Of a DNA stretch of 64,000 bases, positions 1 to 13,782 are shown piece after piece (position 1 is the first letter of the stretch; every line of letters starts with the position of its first letter). The notes beneath the pieces are model-generated. The model made no database searches. It was not told the DNA's origin and saw only the letters and a program-made list of their open reading frames with translations. The translations under genes were made by a program, and so were the position numbers. Origin of the DNA: Octopus sinensis (lineage: Eukaryota); contig NC_042998.1 of the NCBI RefSeq assembly GCF_006345805.1, positions 189,844,001 through 189,908,000 of the forward strand. The letters are read 5' to 3'.

Positions 1-260
1 TCTATACATGTGCTCGTGCGATAAGATGTTGTGTGTGTGTGGTGAGTGTATGTGTTGTCTATGCGTCTGCGAGTGCGTGTTTTAAATTGGTTTAAATCAA
101 TAGTATTCTGGCAGTGCTGGAGCACCACATTGGGAGTAGTCTGAGTAGCCTGAGTAGGTCATACAAATTACAACTTTTTGTTTCGTTTTGCTTTGTTATT
201 TCTTCCTGAAATGTCAAGATTAGAGTAACGAAGTTGTCAAACTCTAGACCAAACGCCGAA

Positions 261-278
261 TAATAATAATAATAATAA

Positions 279-325
<47 letters not shown>
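261..325. repeat. (AAT)n microsatellite
   Basis: Direct reading; source of the poly-Tyr ORF 92..475. Confidence 0.95.
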
Positions 326-328
<3 letters not shown>

Positions 329-581
329 GGAAAAAAGGTTCACTGAAACAGAATTATGCATGCATAAACACGTGTTTCTAAAAACACTATGATTTACGGA
401 TAAATATAAACAGTTGTAGAAGGAAGAGTGGGTGAAAATGTGGCTAGTCTGGGATCTACGCGCACACATACACATTTGCGTGTGCAGGATAAATGCAAAC
501 AGGAACTAACGGACACCATACACTCTTGATTTTAGAATGACCGGATACCATCTGGCGCGTAGAAAAATACTTGGTCGATGG

Positions 582-597
582 TGACGTCAGTCACGTG
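582..597. promoter_or_regulatory. Adjacent CRE (TGACGTCA) and E-box (GTCACGTG) in a locally CpG-rich stretch
   Basis: TGACGTCA at 582-589 and GTCACGTG at 590-597 are seen directly; regulatory function is inference. Confidence 0.3.
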
Positions 598-1254
598 CGA
601 GCAGGCATGCTCCTCGATTGATCTTAGCGGTCGGTAGCTGGTTGACACGCATGTTTTTATGCGTGATATGATGACAGTGGAGTTGAAGATTTTTACTGTT
701 TGATGGCGTTTTGGAGTGTTTGTCAGAGCACTTGAGAAGGCTGTTCAGTCGAAGTATTTGTCAAATAACGAGAAAAGCAAGTGTGTATGCATAAAAGACG
801 AGTTGACAGAAGGCGGTGTTATTTTTATGTTAAAACGAAAGTGTGGGCTACATTCTCGACTATTCACAACAGCACCGAGAGTTGACGAGAGTTAATTTCC
901 TGGAATCAGGGCAACCTTTTCTCTCTCCAAACTATCTATCAAACCATCTCGTTATGTATCTGTCTATCTATCAATATTTTATTGTTTGACATTTAAGATA
1001 AAGACAGAAATACATTTCTGTTGATAATGATTAGTGTTTCAGACAAATTGTGCTTAATAAGTTGGAATGGTCTTAGGTGTTGAAATTGTTGCCATGAACA
1101 TAAAATAACATAAAATGAACATCATCATCATTATTACGATCAGTATTGTTGTTGTTTCAGTCGTCTTAAATTTAAGACTTCTTGCCTTGAGTGGATGTAG
1201 TTTTTTGTTACATTTTTGTGGTTTCGGTTCTATGAAATTTTATTGAAATAAGCA

Positions 1255-1271
1255 TTATTACTATTATTTGA

Positions 1272-1323
<52 letters not shown>

Positions 1324-1348
1324 CATCATCATCATCATCATCGTTATC

Positions 1349-1394
<46 letters not shown>

Positions 1395-1451
1395 CATCAT
1401 CATCACCGTCATCATCATCATCATCATCATCACCATCACCATCCTCATCAC

Positions 1452-1492
<41 letters not shown>

Positions 1493-1571
1493 CCATTATT
1501 ATCATCATTATTATTATTATTATTAATATTATTATTATTATTATTATTAATATTATTATTATTATTATTAT

Positions 1572-1613
<42 letters not shown>

Positions 1614-1634
1614 TAGTAGTAGTACCACCACCGC

Positions 1635-1687
<53 letters not shown>

Positions 1688-1700
1688 CTATTGCTGTTGC
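1255..1700. repeat. Compound trinucleotide microsatellite (ATT)n-(ATC)n-(ATT)n-(AGT)n-(ATC)n
   Basis: Direct reading. Confidence 0.95.
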
Positions 1701-2334
1701 TACTGCAGATGTTATTCTTGTTGCTGTTTTCGCTAGTTTCACGCTAGTATTTTTCTGCACTGCCAGGTGCATAACTGTTTTCCTGAAGTGTGTGCCCTAT
1801 CGACATTTGGAAGAGTGGGGAAGGTGTTTGGCATGTTATATCTAATTTTCTACTTTACGTTATTCATTGTGACATTTTAGTATTTCGTATTTTTATTGTG
1901 AAATTTTCTTTTTAAATGGCATTTAAAAATGACTGTAGAATATGTGTTAAATTGTGTTATTTTATTGGGTGGTGGCTGTACTGCGTATGTGGTGTGTAAA
2001 TCGTGTTATAGTATTGGAAGATGAACGAACAGGGTGAATTGTACTATTAACTGAATATGTGCTGCGTTTAAAGTGCAACTATGTATTTAAGTGTTATATT
2101 TTAACCCGTGTGTTAAATTGTGAACTCTGGCATGATTCTTTTTTATGAGTCTGCTCGTAATTTTTCATATGGTGTCCCTAGCATGATTGATACTACTTCT
2201 CCTTTCGTACTTCACATATTGGTTATTTCCACTTTCATTTATTCTTCGATAGTTTTTCGACTTCTCGTACATCTTAGGTTTTCGCAATGTTTATCAAGAT
2301 ATTCCTATTTTCATTCATGTCTTTGATGATAACT

Positions 2335-2918
2335 TCCAATTCGGAATGCTCACAGCAGCCATATTCCTACCACTCTATGTCACGCTGGTGAGACCCATAT
2401 TGGAGTACGGGATTCAAGCCCCTTCTCCTTATCTCCCCAAAGACATACAGCATCTCGAAAGAGTCCAGAAGCTGGCTACCCGCATGGTTCATGGTCTCAA
2501 AAATTTGTCCTATGAAGAAAGGCTGAGGACGCTCGACCTTTATTCTCTAGAAAAACGACGACGCCGTGGTGATCCCATTCTCGCCCACAACATTATAAGC
2601 GGAAAGTGTAACCTCTCGAAAGAGCTGTTCTTCACTCCTGCTCCAGAGCGTCGGCTGCGGGGTCATTCTGAAAAGCTCTACCTGCGACGATTTCATCTCA
2701 ATCGAAGGAGAGGAGCTTTCTCCGTCCGGGTTGCGGATCCGTGGAACAAGCTGCCAGACGAGATGGTGAAGATGCCGACGACCGCTTTGTTCAAAGCCTC
2801 CCTGGACCTCAAGTGGCTTGAACTCTTTACATGAACACCACCCTGTACTTAACTCCATGTCCCCCTACATGGCCTTGCTATTTGCTTTTGAGCCAAATTA
2901 ACTAACTAACTAACTAAC
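2335..2918 (+). mobile_element. CR1-group LINE, 5'-truncated 3' end (ORF2 C-terminus, 3'UTR, (TAAC)n tail)
   Basis: ORF 2346..2834 reads LYVTLVRPILEY...LERVQKLATRMV...LSYEERL...LEKRRRRGD, typical of the CR1 ORF2 C-terminus; short tandem-repeat tail at ~2899-2918. Confidence 0.9.
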
Positions 2919-3537
2919 AATTTCACTTTGACAGACTTGTCAGCCTGGATAGGTATGTTCTTGATTATCATCGTCATATTATTGTCACACTGTGGTGCAT
3001 GCTCACACTACTTAGTCATGTCGAAGTATTAGAATCCTGAATCTTACAGAATGCACATCAGTACCAACTGGTCAAGTATATTGTTTGTAGGAGTGAAACC
3101 AGTCGTTTTTGTATCCCGATTGCTTTGTCTTGCATTTAATTTTAGATTCTACTTTCAATACTTTCGTAGCTTTTTATTACGACTATTCATTGATCAAGAG
3201 CAGCTAAAATAAGACCGTCCATCTAAAAGTTTAGGCCAAAGCTTTTGAGAATTGATAGATTTCACACTGGTTCACTTGCACTCGATCGAACCTTATCGGA
3301 TATTGAGCAGGTTAAGATTTTGTCATTTTTTTCTCTCTTATCTTTAGAAATTCCCTTTGAATTTATGTATCTTTATTCTTTTATTCTTCCTGTTGTTTTA
3401 TCCTTATATAGAACATTTTCTTCGGTGCAATAAGCCTGTGGTTTGTACGTTAGTGCTTCCTTATATAAAGTGAAAAAAATTCGTTTTCTTCAAATCTCCC
3501 AATTCAGTCTCTTGGTGATTGCTCCATTACATATATT

Positions 3538-3775
3538 ATGTATGTATGTATGTATGTATGTATGTATGTATGTATGTATGTATGTATGCATGTATGTATA
3601 TGTGTGTGTATATATGTATATATGTATGCATGCATGTATGTATGTATGTATGTATGCATGTATGTATGTATGTATGTATGTATGTATGTATGTATGTATG
3701 TATGTATGTATGTATGCATGTATGCATGTATACATACATGCATATATATATATATAGATATATATATATATATGT
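3538..3775. repeat. (ATGT)n with ATGC variants, then (TA)n
   Basis: Direct reading. Confidence 0.95.
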
Positions 3776-4145
3776 AGGCGGAGCTTATAGGTGCAGGTGT
3801 GGCTTCTGGTAAGAAGTTTGCTTGCCAAACATATGCTTCCGGGGCTTGGCCCCACCACGTGGCACCTTGGGATAATTGTCCTCTACTATAGCTTCGGGTA
3901 GACCAAAACCATGTGAGTGGATTTGGTAGACGGAAACTGAAAGTAGCCCGTCGTATATATATATTTATAACATTATATATGTCTGTGTATGTGTGTGTGT
4001 GTGTGTGTGCCTTTGTGTCAGTGTTTGTCCCGCACTACTGCAGGAAAACTGCTATTGGTGTGATTACGTCCCGTAACTTAGCGGTTCTCTAAGAGAGAGA
4101 TCTCAGCATGGCCACAGTCTAATGACTGAAACTAGTAAAATATAA
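3776..4145 (+). mobile_element. tRNA-derived SINE, family S4 (internal microsatellite, LINE-like tail)
   Basis: tRNA-like head, ggcaccttggg...ctactatagc body, tail cagcatggccacag...ctgaaactagtaaaa; paralogues at 15934 and 58235. Confidence 0.85.
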
Positions 4146-4149
4146 AAGA

Positions 4150-4500
4150 TAACACATATTTTTTACGTATATAATTATAAAAATATGATTATAATTAAGG
4201 ATGCTGGAAGGCCGACGCCAATACAAATATCTACAAGCCATTCTAAATTTGTTCTCTATTTTATTATAACACAAGTCTGAATGCAAGGGAAATGGCAAAA
4301 TTTTAGAGCTATCCAAAATTTTCTAAATCTTCTTGCCCCTTCCCTCGCATTCAGTCTTGAGTTATAATAAAATAGAAAACAAATTTAGAGTGCCTTGTAG
4401 ACATTTGACATCTACTTCTAGTGTACTGGCGTTTGCCTTCTAGCGCCCTTAATTATAATTACATTTTTATAGTTATATACTTAGATATTAATTTTACCGA
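4150..4500. repeat. Old imperfect foldback (MITE-like), arms about 160 bp
   Basis: The two halves are reverse complements; the ORF track shows mirrored peptides YWRRPSSILNYNHIF (-) and YWRLPSSALNYNYIF (+). Confidence 0.75.
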
Positions 4501-4607
4501 TATGGTGGGTATTTTTTATAGGCTAGCCACTGATGTAATCATTTTAATGATTAGATCTTCAATTTACAAGTATATATATACATACATACATACATACATA
4601 CATACAT

Positions 4608-4661
<54 letters not shown>

Positions 4662-5663
4662 TGATTAATACTAGACAGCTAGAAACATTATGATTGTCTC
4701 TGTCTCCCCTACCTTCAGATCTTCAGTATCTTCTGAAATTACATATTGTATTCTGCTTCGCTATTATATATATTTGGTAGTTTCTTGTGTATTAACGCTT
4801 TGGTTTTGTGTTGCAAGAAAAAAATCCCGGTCACAGCATAGAGTTTCTATGCTACCCCAATTCTGGCTTTTTTTTTGTGATATTTGCTTTATTGTTTCTG
4901 CTGTTACATGTTTCCTGTTTGTTGCGTAGAATATTTACTATCTAATATTTCAGTGGTGGGTGGGTGTTTGTTTTAACATGTTTTCGTTTTGTTACTTGCC
5001 GGCTATGGATAAAAGAGCAGCGTCAAATGCCTTTGCAAGCTCTCTTTAGCTGAAGAGATCGATGTCCTAATGTGTCACGTAAGTTATTGCAAGGCGGCAT
5101 CCGAAGGAAAGACATGAACAGAGTTTGGGATTCCAGAGAGCCGATGTTCTGAGGAGGAAAGACAAGGCCTAGTAGTTTGAGCAGAGCGCAATGGGGATGG
5201 GAATTGAGCATAGAAAAGGGAAATGAAAAAAGATATGAAGAGTGTATCAAGAATACCCGAGTAAAGAAGATACGAGATTAGAAAAATGCACGGAACAGAA
5301 GCCATCATAGTAGCGGTAGAAAAGCAGAGAGAAGGGGTAGAGAGATAGAGGGAGAGAGTAGAGAGATAGAAAGAGAGAAGACAGCAAACCTGTGGGCCTG
5401 TGAGTGATTTTATACCAACCAGAAGAGCGGCTTTCTCTTGATAACATCTCAGGTGTCTGTGGGTGCAGCAGCAGCCGCAACAATTGCAGCAGTAGCGGCA
5501 GCAGCATCCCAGCTGTAGCAGTAATACTCAATTCTGGGTCTCATTGAAATTTTGCGGTGCATGAGTTGAGTTATATACGTTTTAATGTCAAATAGTTATA
5601 ATGTGGAGCATATTACATTTTAAAGGTTATGTTACGTTATTGGGTGACAGTTATGCGAGCTGT

Positions 5664-5965
5664 GGAGGCACATGGCCTAGTGGTTAGAACAGCGGACTCG
5701 CGGTAGAGGGATCGCGGGTTCGAATCTCAGACCGGACGATGTGTGTGTTTATGACCGAAACACCTAAGCTCCACGCGGCTCCGGCAGAAGGCAATGGCGA
5801 AACTTCTGCTGACTCTTTCGCCACAACTTTTCTCACTCCTTCCTCCAGCATCATGCAGCTCACTGCGATGGACTGGCGTCCCGTCCAGGTGGGGAACCTA
5901 TACGCCAAGAAACCGGGAAACCGGCCCTTATGAGCCAGGCATGGCTCGAGATGGAATAAACAACA
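5664..5965 (+). mobile_element. tRNA-derived SINE (S2-like head) with 15-bp TSD
   Basis: A box tggcctagtgg, B box ggttcgaatc; TSD agttatgcgagctgt at 5649-5663 and 5966-5980. Confidence 0.9.
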
Positions 5966-6354
5966 AGTTATGCGAGCTGTTGGTTGTGTGCGCAACGAGG
6001 TATCGTTGTCAGTTATGTAAGAGTATGTTTTGTGTTATACGTATATTTGTAGAGTTAATGATGTTTGAATTACGTTATTTTATTGGGAGATAAGTGCATA
6101 AGATATGAGATGTTTATATTGAGCATAAAGTGTATTACGTGATTTCGGCTATTAAATAAAATGTGCTTTGAGTAGGATGTCCGCTATGCCTTTATATTCC
6201 TACCAACAAGCAGCAAAACCTTTTGTAAATGTTCAGTATGAGATATGAAACAGAAAAATATGTAGATAAATAGTGGTTCAATATAGGACCGTTATAGTCT
6301 TTTGCTAGTTTCACTTGACTATCCTATGTTGCTTTCTAGACTAAAGGATACTGG

Positions 6355-6490
6355 GACTGAGAAACGCATTTTTGATCCATGTCATATTCTTCAAGAATCC
6401 TAAGAAAGATTCTTGAGATTTGTGGGGACTTGACTCCAAAGCTCAAGTCAACGTTCCTGGAAACTAAAGTAGCATGCAATAACGTTATTA
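6355..6490 (+). mobile_element. RLE (R4/Dong-like) LINE extreme 3' fragment
   Basis: Reads ...RILRKILEI; similar to 53330-53420. Confidence 0.6.
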
Positions 6491-7341
6491 TAATAACACT
6501 GCTGTTGCTGCTGTTGTCGTCCATGACAATGATGATGATAATGATAATGATTTCTTTTGTTGACCACAAGAGCCAAGACATTGAGGGCAAAACATACTGA
6601 CAAAACATACAATACATAAATAAGTGAGATTTACGATCAAAAGGAAGCCAAAAATAACAAAAGATATGACAAAAGACATTCAGATATAATTTCAACGTGA
6701 ATTTCAGCAAGAAAAGCTTCTCAATAGTGGGGCATCTCATCTTGAGAAATTCCGGAAAAAAAAAACACACAGAAAAGGCCTGAATTATCCTGCCATCTCC
6801 AAAGTACCAAAATGTGTCTTCTCGTTTCCTTTTCCTAAAAAAATATTCAAGGCAAGCCTATTCAATCTCACCTGGCTACTCCCATCCGCCTTTCGATAAC
6901 CATCCACAGGCGATAAAACAGCACATCTTAACTATGTTATTATACTTAAATGGAGCCAGAGTCCTATTTGTTCGCACTACAAAACAAAGGCTAAATAAGT
7001 TATTGTCTTTCTGGAAGGCTTTCTCATTTATTTTATAACCGTTAAATTTCAGAAAGCAACAGCCAGCAACTGGATAAAAGAAAAACATTGCTAAAACCTT
7101 CCTTCATTATCAGTTTTTAGAATTATAAACTTTACAACGTTATTTCTCAACCTTTTATTCTGCCAGTCCCTAGTTTGCCTTTGTTTTTCCCCCATTTAAT
7201 CATGAGTGACAGGCCCAAAATGTCCCCAGTTTAATGCCAGTTTTTCGTTGTTGGATACTTATGAGGGAGCTGTGAGCATGCAAACCAACACAGAAGCTCC
7301 TTTTTCATCGAAGATATTTCTGCATCATTGATTAGTGACAC

Positions 7342-7458
7342 TGTTATGTGGACGCTCCCAGACGATGAAGTAGGCTAGCCCAATACGTAGATATAGTAGG
7401 AGAGTAGAGTCGAGCAGAAAAGAGTTGAGCAGAGAAGAGTTGAACGTGCGACATAACA
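7342..7458. mobile_element. 117-bp TG...CA element with terminal inverted repeats (mini solo-LTR or MITE)
   Basis: Begins TGTTATGT, ends ACATAACA; the inversion extends into the flanks (gtgac / gtcac). Confidence 0.4.
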
Positions 7459-9319
7459 GTCACCAATCTGTAAAGGGAGTTATTTAAAGTCCGTGGGCAA
7501 TGCCCGTTTTACTCTGACTAACCTATTGTAAATATTGCTTCCGAATTCCAAGGTGTGGACGTTTATGTATTTAGACAAACCATTAAAATTAGTAGTAGTT
7601 TAAGCTTCCCCTAGAATTATTTCTAGTTATCTATTCCAAAATTATGTCCATAAGTAGACAACATGATACTTCGACGACAGCCACTTCACTTATAATTTCT
7701 AGTTGTTTATACCAAAACTATTTCCACAAGTTATAGACTTAATACTTCAAACAAAATGATCGAAAAAAATTTTGATAGGTTGCAGTATTACTTTCAGACT
7801 ATGAAGATTTTGAATTTATCATCACATTTCATTCGTTTCGAACATGATATTAAATTTATTGAACATATTTCTGATATATACAAATTTAATCTGTTTAAAT
7901 TCACTTATCTTTGCTGACATATGATCTCTGTAACTATAATATCTAATCTTACTGAGAATTTCATCACTGTTGAGATTTTACATCGAAGAAGTCTTCAACA
8001 CATATACGAAATATTTCGAACTAAAGTCAATCTTAATTTGAGTTTACTTTGACTGATCCCTTCCATTAATAGGATTTTTAATTGTCTAATGCTAACAATA
8101 CAAGCCAAACAAAAAAGTAGGGAACCTCTCTGGATCCTGGAGAATATTTCGAATGAAAACAATTGCTCGTGAAAAAAAATTCCAATTGGTAATGGAATTG
8201 TAAAGGCTAAACGAAAATAATATAAAAAGTAGAAGCAAAAGAATTCAGAAAAATAGGCATTTATAAAAGAAAGCAGGAAATTTGAGGATTCCAGGCTGGC
8301 GAAACATTCAATAGTCTCTTACTCACACACACATATAGTAAGATAAAAGCATTAACATGGGAGCATACAATCACGCACATCGGCATACATAGTAATAATA
8401 ATAACACTCTAACCGACGCATTAAGAGTAGTGAAAGTGAGCAACATAGCCAGAGCATAGGGAAAAAAATGAAGCAACCTAAAACTCGGATGGTGGCTTCA
8501 ACAAAAAATACGGAATTTCAGAAAATATAAATTGGAAAGGAACAAACTCGAAAAAAGTCAAAGAGTAAAAAGTAAATAGTGAGAACAAGGAAGAAAAAAA
8601 AAAATCGAAAAAAATTATTATTACTATACAAACAGATAAAAAAAATTAGATTGCATTGACGAAAATATACTTGAGGAAGCTACAGGATGTAAATCGATAA
8701 GGCAAAAAGTTCAGTGCAAGAATTATATGACTTTGATAAAAAATGAAGGAAAAAGTAGAAGTAAAAAAAAAAGGAAGAAAAGAAACATGATGGGAGACAG
8801 TAGAAGAAATTAAATAAGAAATAAATGAATACGTAAATAAAAAAAGCACAATAACAACAACAACAACAACGTAATATCAATCAGAAAAATTGCAATCAAA
8901 TAACAAAGTTATAAACATGAAAAACAATAACAATAAGTGACTTAGAACCACCCGTCAATTTTCTTTTTCTTACACATGGAAAATAATGTCACAAGAATTA
9001 AGAAATAGAGAGAGCAAGAAAGAGAGAGAGAGAGAAAGAGAGTGAGAGGGAGAGAAGGTAAAAAAATGGAGTCCAAAAGTGATTTTCCCGCCCATTTTTC
9101 TGCTTTCTTTTGCCATCAACCACCTTCCTCTTCTCGCTACTCAACCATATTGTTAATTCTCCAGAGGCAACCATTGTTGATCGAAACTGGAAACGATTAT
9201 TTCGGTGATGGGTTGGCTGCAGGCATGTGAGGAGTCAGGAGTAGTATAATGAATGAAAGAAGAATAAAAAAAATAAAGAATAAATCGTAAAAACTGTCGA
9301 AAGGGTAAGTTTTATATAT

Positions 9320-9358
9320 ACACACATACATACATACATACATACATACATACATACA

Positions 9359-9416
<58 letters not shown>

Positions 9417-9428
9417 TAGATAGATAAG

Positions 9429-9459
<31 letters not shown>

Positions 9460-9614
9460 GTATATATGTATATATATATATATATGTAAGTATATGTGTG
9501 TGTGTGTCTGTGAGTGTATACAGGTATGTACATTAAGTGCGTGTTGTATATTATATATATATACATACATGTATGTGTGTATGTATGTATGTATGTATGT
9601 ATGCATGTATGTAT

Positions 9615-9690
<76 letters not shown>

Positions 9691-9700
9691 TATGCACAAG
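9320..9700. repeat. Compound (ATAC)n/(TA)n/(ATGT)n microsatellite
   Basis: Direct reading. Confidence 0.95.
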
Positions 9701-10622
9701 TACATGCGCACATCACATACATATACATTAGATATACTACACATATAGATGTTTGATTGCGTGTATTTGTGTATATACTACATAAAAGAGATGGGGAGTG
9801 GAAATGAAAACTGGAGGAAACAGGAAATGGGAGGAAAGAAACGACCAAGTGTAAAAGGAAAAGGAGAGAATCAAAGAAAGAAAAAATGAAAGAAAGGCAT
9901 AAAGAAGAGGGTTGGTTCTTGTGCGCAGGCGCGTCTAAATACAATGAAATATGTTTGTACAATAGGAACAATAAGATATTGCAGCCGAAACAAAATAAAT
10001 AAATAAAAAGAGCAATATAAAGAATTTTTATTATTTTTTATGTGATCATTTCATCCGATTTTTCTCTTTTCGCTTCTAAGTTTTGTGAATTATCGACGCA
10101 GTTATAAAACGAGTGAGTGCTTGGTTGTCTTTGTCTATTGAAACTTCCGTGAAGGTCACTGATCGGGAAGTATAACTTGATGAAATATTTATAGAAAGGC
10201 ATCACTTAATGAATTCTTTTGAAGTGACCCAATTAGCAAATGACAAATTATGGGTGAAGGCAGAATTCGCCGGGGCAGCGGTAGAATGTGATAACAAAAA
10301 AAAAAGACACGTCAGATAAAACAAAAAAAAAAAACCTAAAAAATATTTCTCAAAAAAAAAACAACAACAATCTTATATGATGTCAATGAACACAGAAGCG
10401 AAAAACTAAAAAAATAAAAACAAAACAATGCCCTTATGCTTATATGTATTTACTTATTCACAGAAATGTACCCTTCAGGTTATGTTGAATGTATTTATCA
10501 ATAACAACGTAAGAATTTAAAGTAATCAAATTTACCAATATATAAAAGGGGCCTGGCATTGAAAAAATATATATAAAAAAAGAAATAATTGTTTTATGGC
10601 ACAATTGCTGGAAGATAGATAA

Positions 10623-10679
<57 letters not shown>

Positions 10680-10718
10680 TAATAATAGTAATGATAATAA
10701 GGATGCGAAAGTACTTAC

Positions 10719-10762
10719 TTTTCATCACAGTACCCTTGTGTGCAATTTGCAGCTTTGAACGC
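10719..10762 (-). CDS. Candidate 44-nt exon F (AFKAANCTQGYCDE or, in the alternative frame, RSKLQIAHKGTVMK)
   Basis: Acceptor ...cttcgcaaatattttag|, donor aaa|gtaagt; two frames are open, so the frame is ambiguous. Confidence 0.35.
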
Positions 10763-13617
10763 CTAAAATATTTGCGAAGGTGAAAAGAAGCGGTGAGAGA
10801 AAAACGTAACAGTATTTAATGTTAGAGGAGACTTTAGGTAATGAAAATCATTTTATGCTGAAGAAATTATTGTGAAAGGACTTGCTATAGAACTTTATAA
10901 GTGATAATTTCGCTCGCAACCATGTAATACTGTTTACAAATCAAAGGTTCACTTATCTGGTAATGGTAAATCGACCAGACATTGATGACGTCTCATTTTA
11001 CAACCACTCCAGTTCATTATACTGAGGTATTTCTATTAATCATGCACATCAATTAGAATTGGTACTATAGTAGCTCCTTTTGATCGGGCACAAGGCTAAG
11101 CTGTACAGGGAAAAGGTACAGTATACTGAATTGAACGCTATATATTACTGGTATAGATACCGTCGGAAGAATGAATTTCACAGGCGAATTAGAACAAGAT
11201 TCCACTTAAACATTAGTTAAACATTAAGAAAAGTGAATTAGTTCTTTGTAATGTACGGTACTAATGAACCAGCGGTGACCTGAAGCTACACTTAGTCTAG
11301 TACGCTTCTATTTCGACCAAATTTCACCAGAGACATTCATTAATTAAGCAAACATAAGTATTTAGAATCATACGTCAAAACTCGTTGATTAAAGCTACGA
11401 AATTCCCGATAGTAATCTGTGATTTGATTTGAAAACAAAATATATAGGATTAAGAGTACGTTGAGAAAATACCTACTCACCTTAAGTTGAATTTACCAAT
11501 ATTAACCATTTATTGAACAATGTGCATGATATCCACACGAACAGAATTCAAACATGAAGTACTCTGTGTGTGATGTGTAAAGCGTATACCGATATTTTGT
11601 CATTCTTGTTGTTTACTTTCCACAGCTCTAAAAGTGCAAACCTATGGTCGAAGGCGTTCCAGACTTCACAATTCAGTCATATCCTCTACCACAATAAATG
11701 CAATAACAGCAACATAAATATGTGGACGAACCAATGAGAGACAGTATACGTGGTACATCGATCTATTAGAAATAACAATCAACCATCTTGAAAAAACAAT
11801 TACTTATATAACAGTAACACACACACACACATACACACACACACACACACCTATACCTATGCATACGTACGTACGTTCATACATACATACGTAAATACAT
11901 ACATACATGCATACATACATACATACAATGAGTATATTCCATACACACTCAAAAGTGAGAGTAACAACATCGTCAGAGTTGCAGAGCTATGAGAATACAT
12001 CTGTCTCGTGCGAACCAAAGGAGTCCGGAACGGCCTACCTAAGTAGAAGCTTGGAGGAAAAGTAGGCATCACAGCAATAAAAAGCAATGTATGGGTACAT
12101 CTCCTGTAAGCTTGGAGGCAACAGCAACATTTACAGAAAGAGTAGCCCCCTAAATTAAACTCAAAGAAAAATAATGCACACACACACACACACACATGCT
12201 TGTAAGAAAGCGGGGTCATCATTATCGTAGCTGGCATATCGTTGATCATTGGTCTTTTCGATCAGCGCTGCCTTGGCGATAGACATCAATAATATTTGGT
12301 TTATTAGTTTGGTCAAGAAGAACTGGCCGAGCTCATTATCATTGCTGTGCTTCAGACACAGATAAGGCTGTTGCCGTTAACATTTCGTTTAAAACCTTTG
12401 CAAATCAACGACTGAAGCGAAGCAATATCGAAAACTCACTAATAGTTTATTCTGCCACATGTTCTTCACACTCTATGTTCATTGTATACGATCTCAGAGC
12501 AGTTCTACAATACAGTACTTCTCTTCTCCCACATATACAGAGTATTATTCTTGACCTACGGCAAATTAGATCATTCCTGAATGATAAGCTTTATCTACTT
12601 TGTAATCTTTAAATTTACCGAAATTTAAAACAAAAAACAAAACAAACCAATCTTCATGTAGATAAGGAACATAATGTATATAAAGTGAAAACTTAAAAAC
12701 ATAGAAACAAAAACCTTTGATAAGCAAACAAAACAGACAAGCAAAAATAAAGAAACAAGTAAAATAACCAGGTATATATGAATATATGAATATCTTACCT
12801 GCAAACAGAGAGAGGAATAAGATAAATAAAGAAAAAAATTGCCAGTTTTACATGTAACAAAAAGAAATAGTTAATAAAAAAAGCAAAATAAAAGATTTTC
12901 TGAAAATAAAAGTGAAAACATTCAACGTAGAATCAAGTGAAAAGCTAAACCTAACGCGATTATTTCGCTTAAGATATAGAGCTAGCTTGACATATAATCT
13001 GAATGCGTGCATTATATAAGTAATATCAGATTCGAAGCAAAGTGTATCTCGCTAAAACAATAGAATGCTTTTCCGTAAATCCAAAGAAAATAGGGGAAAG
13101 AGGAGCTAAAAGAAAGAATGAAGCTTATGGCAAAGAGAGAAAGGTAGGAGAGTATAAGACGAAGTTATGATCAGAGTGGTTTTGAATACCTGGACGTTTC
13201 ATACAATTATATGCATTATTAATTATTAATTTCAAACTTTTTTTCGACTGATATGTCTTTAAGCTAATTTGGTTACTGTTATTTGTTATGAATACCCAAT
13301 TATATTTATGAAATTATTCTATGATTATGCTTAATTTGTAATATATGTCTGCAAATGTTCTGCGTGTGTAACACCTACACATAATTATAACCCAACACAC
13401 ACACCGATCGACATTCGTAAAATATATGAGACTGATAGGAATTCATAAAATTAGGCAACTTGCACCTAGTTCATCTAAGCTCCATCTATCATCGCTGAAA
13501 TAGCACAAGTTAGCACATAGTCAGTGCTGTATCTTTATGCTCCGTGAATTTGAAAATTTGGGAAGACTGGATCTAAAATGTTCTGCACAAAGAAATTATG
13601 AAATATTTACAAGTCAC

Positions 13618-13672
13618 CTCTTTGGCCATCTTCATGTTTTTGTAATTATTCATCTCATCAACCGCTTTTGAA
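13618..13672 (-). CDS. Candidate 55-nt exon E (SKAVDEMNNYKNMKMAKE)
   Basis: Acceptor ...cagtccttag|, weaker donor gag|gtgact; phase 2 to 0 fits between candidate exons C and F. Confidence 0.22.
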
Positions 13673-13782
13673 CTAAGGACTGTATAGTAGCATATATATG
13701 AACTACTACACAAATCTAACTTTCAGCTCTATGTTTTACTTATATGATCAACTATACCCCATTTAATAGCATATAAATAAAC

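Noticed and set aside
7615-7750. Old ~70-bp imperfect direct repeat (similar small duplications at 32686-32752 and 38942-38969)
   Set aside because: Ordinary local duplications with no further structure.
9100-9212. Possible terminal exon QPITEIIVSSFDQQWLPLEN* after exon F
   Set aside because: Several other acceptors between 3.2 and 9.2 kb fit equally well; not resolvable without RNA data.
11478-11560. Strong minus-strand donor aag|gtgagt
   Set aside because: All three upstream frames contain stops; such donors are expected by chance.
12180-12400. Open minus-strand frame ELGQFFLTKLINQILLMSIAKAALIEKTNDQRY
   Set aside because: No convincing splice sites or compatible phase.
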